Assembly (NCBI GenBank): GCA_020891255.1
Contig: BQFW01000011.1
Location: forward strand, 992,001 to 1,056,000
Source of the DNA: Entomortierella parvispora E1425
Lineage: Eukaryota > Fungi > Mortierellomycota
Length of the DNA stretch: 64,000 bases
Direction of reading: 5' to 3'
Position 1 is the stretch's first letter, and each line of letters starts with the position of its first letter. Shown in pieces: positions 62,157 through 64,000 of this stretch. The position numbers were made by a program, and so were the translations under genes. The notes beneath the pieces were generated by a model. It was not told the origin of the DNA, made no database searches, and saw only the letters and a program-made list of their open reading frames with translations.

Positions 62157-64000
62157 GTGAGGGAGCAGTACACTCGCACGGTTTCTGTCATAGCACCTCT
62201 CTACCCTCTCTCTGCCCCCCTCGACCCTTTGACGTTGTTCATAGCTTATACGAACGCCGAAAAGACCCTCCAAGGCCTTCCTGCATCTACTCAACAGAAC
62301 TTCAAGCTAGAACTCAACGAGTTACCTCCCGGTTGGCTCCTCACAAAGCTGGTGACACCCCTCGACAAGGGAGATAAATACAAGGTTACTACTGCCACAA
62401 TCCAAGAGATGTCTAATCTGATAGCATACCTGGTGAATGATGCCTCGGACAAGAGTGCTAGCTCGAGCGAGTCCTTGATGGAAGGACGGAGGATACCAGA
62501 TGCTACCAAGCTGGTGCCCGGTCAACCAAAAAAAACCCTTTGCCGTCGTATCTACACAGAGGATCGATCGTCACCAATGGGTCCCACGCCTACCTCTCAA
62601 CTGTTGATCTCCGGATTCGGAAGCAACAACGATTTATCACAGAGATCTTCGAGGAGGAGGGGGGAGGGCTTGTCCTTTCCCCTGACTATCGCAAGCTGCT
62701 ACCAAACTTATCACAGCCGTCCCTAACCCGGAATCACTGACGGCAATGCTTCCAGATACAACCAGGGTGGATATTGGCGCGATTAATCTTAGCCAGGAGT
62801 TTACGGTGGGCTTTGCCTGCAAACGCTAAGACAATGGAGACTTTATCTACACGATCAGCGCAAAGACAAAGCAGTGTATCAACCGTCCAATCGACCCCGG
62901 AGTGAAGTGAACAGATTGAAGAACAACACCATCATTGACAGCCCGGTTGGAGAAAGCGCCAAGTTAATCCCTCCACGTAAGTTCACTCCAGGAATGACCA
63001 CGACTGGTGAGGCTATAGCAATGTATGAAACAAAGCTAGAGTCGATGGACAACAACCCAAAGGGACGGATCCAGGAAAAGGTGACCCCAGAGTACTATTT
63101 ACTGTCGTCGTTCTACAACAAGGCCATCGACATCAAAAGAGTGAGGCACAAACGAGGCGTGCGACAACGGCAGAGCTAGACACTCTGACCAACCATATCC
63201 TAACAGCTATGGGGACACACCTGCGCGTGCAAGAGGATGGTCAGCCCAGACCGAGGGAAATGTCCAACACCACTTTGTGCCACGGGTAATTTTTTTCTTT
63301 CCTTGTTTTTTTTTTTTTTTTTTTTTGATCTGTCAAAGACCAGTCAACAAGAGACTAACAGTTCTTCCTCGATTCATGTCTACAACCATTACAACTGGGC
63401 CCGAAGACTTGGCTACATCATTGTTGTTTTGCCGGAGTATTATACCTCCCGCCGTTGCCCAAAGTGTCAGAGCACCGGCATCTCCGAGCAGGACTTTGTG
63501 GGCTATATAGGAATACGCCGTGCCCATTGTGTCCGCTGTGGGACATGGTTCCACCGGGATCTGCTTGCTGCTTCCAACATGGTCGTGGCGATCAGGTACT
63601 ACCCGGACCACCTCTCGCGCCCTGTCTACCTTTTGCCAATCACAAAGGACGAAAAGTTTGTCTTTGACTGAAGGCATGGACCCAACCTTCCACCGGGAAT
63701 GCCAGCCAACAAAATCATTCGCCATGGTGAATCTGCTGATCAGCCAGACATTGTCAATTCGAGCAGTTCAAGCGCACCACCACCACCACCACCGTCGCCG
63801 CCAGGTAAGGGGACTCTGCCGCTCATGCTTCTATAAGTTGCACAGACCATGTGCTGTTGAATGTCATCTTGACTGAAAGCTCACATTTTATTTTCTCAGG
63901 CACTCTGCAGACACCAAAGCTGAGCCGGAAGGATGCCCAGAAGCAGAGGCAAGCACAGACTCTGGCCCAGCTTGGCTCAGGGTCAGCTGCAGGGTCAAGC
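62157..64000 (+). pseudogene. Fanzor/TnpB-like RuvC nuclease relic with spliceosomal introns; continues beyond the window
   Basis: Ordered motifs across frames: YLHRGSIVTNG, GAINLSQEFTVG (RuvC-I, D to N), KAVYQP, SFYN, LGYIIVVLPEYYTSRRCPKC (RuvC-II + Zn), CVRC...HRDLLAASNM (RuvC-III). At least 4 frameshifts and in-frame stops. Introns at 63286-63361 and 63805-63899. Confidence 0.8.

Noticed and set aside
62785-62829. TG-to-TA and CA-to-TA-like changes in the Fanzor relic (D to N, G to S, TAA) suggesting RIP
   Set aside because: Only two or three sites, with ancestral codons assumed. RIP is not established in this lineage, and testing it needs a multi-copy alignment.

Overview
A gene-dense, intron-rich fungal genomic window. 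Intron style and gene content suggest Mortierellaceae or a related early-diverging fungus, but this is inference. About 25 spliced protein-coding genes can be reconstructed: metacaspase, LAM/Aster sterol transporter, Ras, MetR/CYS3-type bZIP, O-fucosyltransferase-like, Anp1/GT62, alpha/beta esterase, AP-3 mu, Phe-tRNA ligase beta, JmjC, NDK, Rieske protein, DDX42, MET22, a DAP1-like protein, RRP3, EMW1/TTC27, DUF2433, a secreted repeat protein, LtrA-like, mitochondrial rhomboid, and a few orphans. There is also an FkbM-like pseudogene. Five items deserve a second look. (1) A decayed, intron-containing Fanzor/TnpB-like RuvC nuclease runs off the right edge. (2) The Ras gene needs four microexons, including a 2-nt exon. 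(3) A ~530-nt non-coding, highly base-paired segment between two convergent genes looks like an unannotated structured RNA. (4) A three-exon homologue of animal DAP1, a ribosome-dormancy factor. (5) A secreted His/Lys-rich protein with ~42 Asn-Gly heptads arranged in a 189-nt higher-order repeat. Exon boundaries were read by eye from GT-AG signals and reading-frame continuity. Family assignments rest on recalled motifs, not database searches. No tRNA, rRNA or CRISPR array was seen.
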